Source of the DNA: Scyliorhinus canicula
Taxonomy: Eukaryota
Direction: 5' to 3'
Assembly: GCF_902713615.1 (NCBI RefSeq)
Contig: NC_052169.1
Coordinates: 4,924,285 to 4,988,284, forward strand
DNA length: 64,000 bases
Of this stretch, positions 61,688 to 64,000 are shown piece by piece. Every line of letters starts with the position of its first letter. Position 1 is the stretch's first letter. The position numbers and the translations under genes were made by a program. The notes under the pieces are model-generated. The model saw nothing but the letters and a program-made list of their open reading frames with translations. It had not been told where the DNA came from and ran no database searches.

Positions 61688-63329
61688 GATAGGCTTCGAA
61701 AAAAATCTCAAACACGAAGCAGAGGTACTTGGTTGAGCTATGGGAGGCAGCTGCCATTCAAGGGTATTGTGGTTATTCACCACGTGATCAGCAATATCTA
61801 TACCAGCAGGAGGACCATTGTCTAGTTGAATTGCTGTGAGGGTTTCTTTCACACTCAATTGCTTCAGCTCCCTGGGCCCCAAGCTCTGTCTCTCCCCTCA
61901 AGCCTCTGCCTTTGGCCAAGTCTTTGGTCCCCTGTCTGAATATATCCAGTGGGCACAATGTACAACTTTGTTTGCTATTGCTCCTGCGAAAACCCCTTGG
62001 GACCCTTTGCAAAGTTGGAGGTGCTATATAAATGCGCGTTGTTGGAAGCCAGTAACAGAAATTTCCAGCAGAATTGCGGGTGGGAGTTCCCTCCCGCTCC
62101 GCGCTGTGATCTGGCGTGGCAGAGGGCGGCTTGCCAGTGAGCGGGCGTTGTCAACGCGGCTTCGCGTTGAACGCACCCCTCGCCGCTACAAAACCCGCGC
62201 CGTCGTCGGGGCCATAAGGTCCCACCAGCGAGAACGGCCAGGCAATCCCACCCTCTGTCGCCATGGTGATATGTGGCAACCATACAAATTTTTAATGTCA
62301 AACTGTGTAGGTTTACTTGAATACTTGTTCTCAGTTTGTGCATCATATCAGCATTTATCGACCCTATTCCTGTTGCCCTGAGAAGGCAGCGATGGTGACC
62401 TTTGACTGGAGAGAGGAGGCAGAAAGCAGGCAACTACATACCTTAAATTTAATGATGTTGCTGGGGTCTATCATCAGAGATACGTATTGACTCTCCCTGT
62501 GTCTGCGTGGGTTTCACCCCTACAAACCAAAAAGATGTGCAGGATAGGTGGATTGGCCGAGCTAAATTGCCCCGTAATTGGAAAAAATAATTGGCTACTC
62601 TAAATTTATTTTAAGAAAAGAGATACGTATTGGGCACAGTTGTATCCCTCGAGTAAGTAGTTGGTTTTTAATGGTTAAAATTCAGCCCTTGACTGTCTAA
62701 ACATCTGGACAGCAGTCAACTCTCCATATTGAAGGTCATTTGGCGATTTCATGACCATTTTGTAAATTTAGTCTTGTGTATCTTCACAGTTCTCCTTTAT
62801 ATTAACTCCCCCCCCTCCCCCACACACACACAACCACCCCACACTAGGCGTTATCTGCAAATTTTGAATTGTATTTCGATTGGTGAATTCAGACCATTTA
62901 TGTAAACTGTGATGGAGAGCAGTTCCAGCACCAATCCCTGTAGTAAGCCATTTCCCATCATTTGAAAGTCTGGGAATCTATCTTTAATGTCCAGGGGCCT
63001 GATTTAAATCCTTCGGAAATGAATGGGTTATGAGTGAGTTAAAATCAGACCCGCTGACCAACCTGCTATACTTTACATTCCTCTACTTGCCAGTCTTAGC
63101 TTGAAAGGTGGCTGATCAAAGGTCTTTAAAAAATGTATTACATCCATTACATTACCCTTATCTATCCTCCCTGTTACTTCTTCAAAGCATTCAACAAGAT
63201 TGCTCAAACATGACATTCCTTTTCAAATCTGTGCTGATTAATCTTTATTATATTTTCAGTTTCTAGGTATTTTTCTTTCGAGATTCCATTATCTTTCCTA
63301 TTTCTGACATTAAACCAATTGATATAAAC

Positions 63330-63730
63330 TTGTTGGAGCTTAGAAGGATGAGGGGGATTTCATTGAAACTTACAGGATACTGAGAGGCCTGGATAGAGTG
63401 GACGTGGAGAAGATGTTTTCACAGCTGGAGAGACTAGAACCCGAGGCACAGCCTCAGACTGAAGGGACGATCCTTTAAAACCGAGACGAGGAGGAATTTC
63501 TTCAGCCAGAGGCTGGTGAATCTGTGGAACTCTTTGCCGCAGAAAGTTGTGGAGGCCAATTCACTGAATGTCTTTAAGACAGAGATAGATAGGTTCTTGA
63601 TTAATAAGGGGATCAGGGGTTATGGGGAGAAGGCAGGAGAATGGGGATGAGAAAAATATCAGCCATGATTGAATGGCGGAGCAGACTCGATGGGCCAAAT
63701 AGCCTAATTCTGTTCCTATTTCCTATGGTG
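63330..63730 (+). mobile_element. CR1 3' fragment
   Basis: Close match to the CR1 3' end at 1549-1930. Confidence 0.85.
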
Positions 63731-64000
63731 TTATGATATATTGTTCCCTAGACTTGTTCTCACTCCCTTTTAATATATGGGAAACGCAATAGTTGTCCAC
63801 CATTCCTCTGGCACAAAAATGTCTATAGATGTAGATTTGATAGATAATTTCTTATGTATAATACATAGTATTTAATATTTAATAACATGAATATTTAATG
63901 CTTATAATATTAAAAATGTACATATATACTATATATATATTTAATGTGACTGGATGCAATCCATTCAGACGAGGGTTTTTTATTCTCCCTAAATTTGATT

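Overview
Repeat-rich vertebrate genomic DNA, almost certainly from a cartilaginous fish (shark), judging by the dense HE1-type tRNA SINEs, CR1 LINEs and GC-rich palindromic MITEs. Three host genes can be read directly, all on the minus strand. (1) The first coding exon and CpG-island promoter of TUBGCP4 (729-806). (2) An intronless 600-aa BTB-BACK-Kelch gene that I recognise as calicin/CCIN, a sperm perinuclear-theca protein (4510-6312). (3) A complete 3-exon, 111-aa CART prepropeptide gene of the non-mammalian cart2-like type (33149 to 22333). The rest is mostly mobile DNA: CR1, L1, L2, Rex1, RTE-X and Penelope fragments, three solo LTRs (two nested), MITEs, a 32-bp minisatellite and a full-length 4.4-kb Gypsy-superfamily LTR retrotransposon (57302-61687). 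The most striking signal is in that retrotransposon. It has no tRNA primer-binding site; instead, the sequence next to its 5' LTR is a perfect 14-bp complement of the LTR's own poly(A)-signal region, with self-priming geometry. Its RT also carries YLDN rather than YxDD. All identifications come from reading the sequence and from recalled family motifs; no database searches were run.
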